This document shows, piece after piece, positions 63,921 to 64,000 of a stretch of DNA of 64,000 nt. Position 1 is the first letter of the stretch, and every line of letters begins with the position of its first letter. Both the position numbers and the translations under genes were made by a program. The notes under the pieces are model-generated. The model was not told the origin of the DNA. It did no database searches and saw only the letters and a list, made by a program, of their open reading frames with translations. This DNA is from Candidatus Falkowbacteria bacterium (GTDB taxonomy: Bacteria; Patescibacteriota; Patescibacteriia; XYB2-FULL-38-15): NCBI GenBank assembly GCA_016214745.1, contig JACRNW010000012.1, positions 4,368 through 68,367 on the forward strand, written 5' to 3'.

Positions 63921-64000
63921 TAATCCGAACGCCTGACAAAAATTATAAATGAAAACAACGGCTTTTCCGGCCACTGTTTTTATTTTTACTCAGCCACGAC

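Overview
The window is a low-GC (about 40%) bacterial chromosome segment with Candidate Phyla Radiation / Patescibacteria-like gene content. Part 1: the housekeeping backbone is rpsF-ssb-rpsR, epmA-efp, recA, a rodZ-like gene, ftsK, uvrC/uvrA/uvrB, ychF, rpsO, pnp, lspA, comM, hppA, an Hsp20, a PGI/PMI isomerase, a GT2 plus GT-C-like glycosyltransferase cluster, and five tRNAs (Ala, His, Arg, Glu). This backbone is repeatedly interrupted by accessory material. Part 2, main observations: (1) A complete diversity-generating retroelement (DGR) sits at 37.9-40.4 kb: a target gene with a 3' VR, a TR with adenine-specific mismatches, an avd on the opposite strand, and an RT with the YADD and GNLTSQ motifs. 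It lies next to a xerC/D-like tyrosine recombinase that is bracketed by about 175-bp direct repeats. (2) At least nine short high-GC islets (about 60-65% GC) each carry small ORFs with consensus TTGACA promoters and strong AGGAGG SDs. Several share a conserved promoter-leader module and are flanked by a modular family of GC-rich hairpin repeats. One such repeat is inserted in-frame inside the DGR RT. (3) Next to tRNA-Glu, a large serine recombinase gene is bracketed by perfect 137-bp inverted repeats. Immediately beside it, a 4-kb segment bracketed by perfect 122-bp inverted repeats encodes a 1328-aa protein with a C-terminal GNAT domain. (4) A structured 5'-leader element about 130 nt long, with CCCCGTTAGAA...TTCTAACGGGG ends, abuts the start codons of ftsK and an M23 peptidase gene, and a third copy lies upstream of rpsF. 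(5) An AT-rich MITE-like element about 105 bp long is present in two copies. (6) Three promoter/terminator-bounded ncRNA candidates of unknown identity. All calls are from reading the sequence only; no database searches were run.
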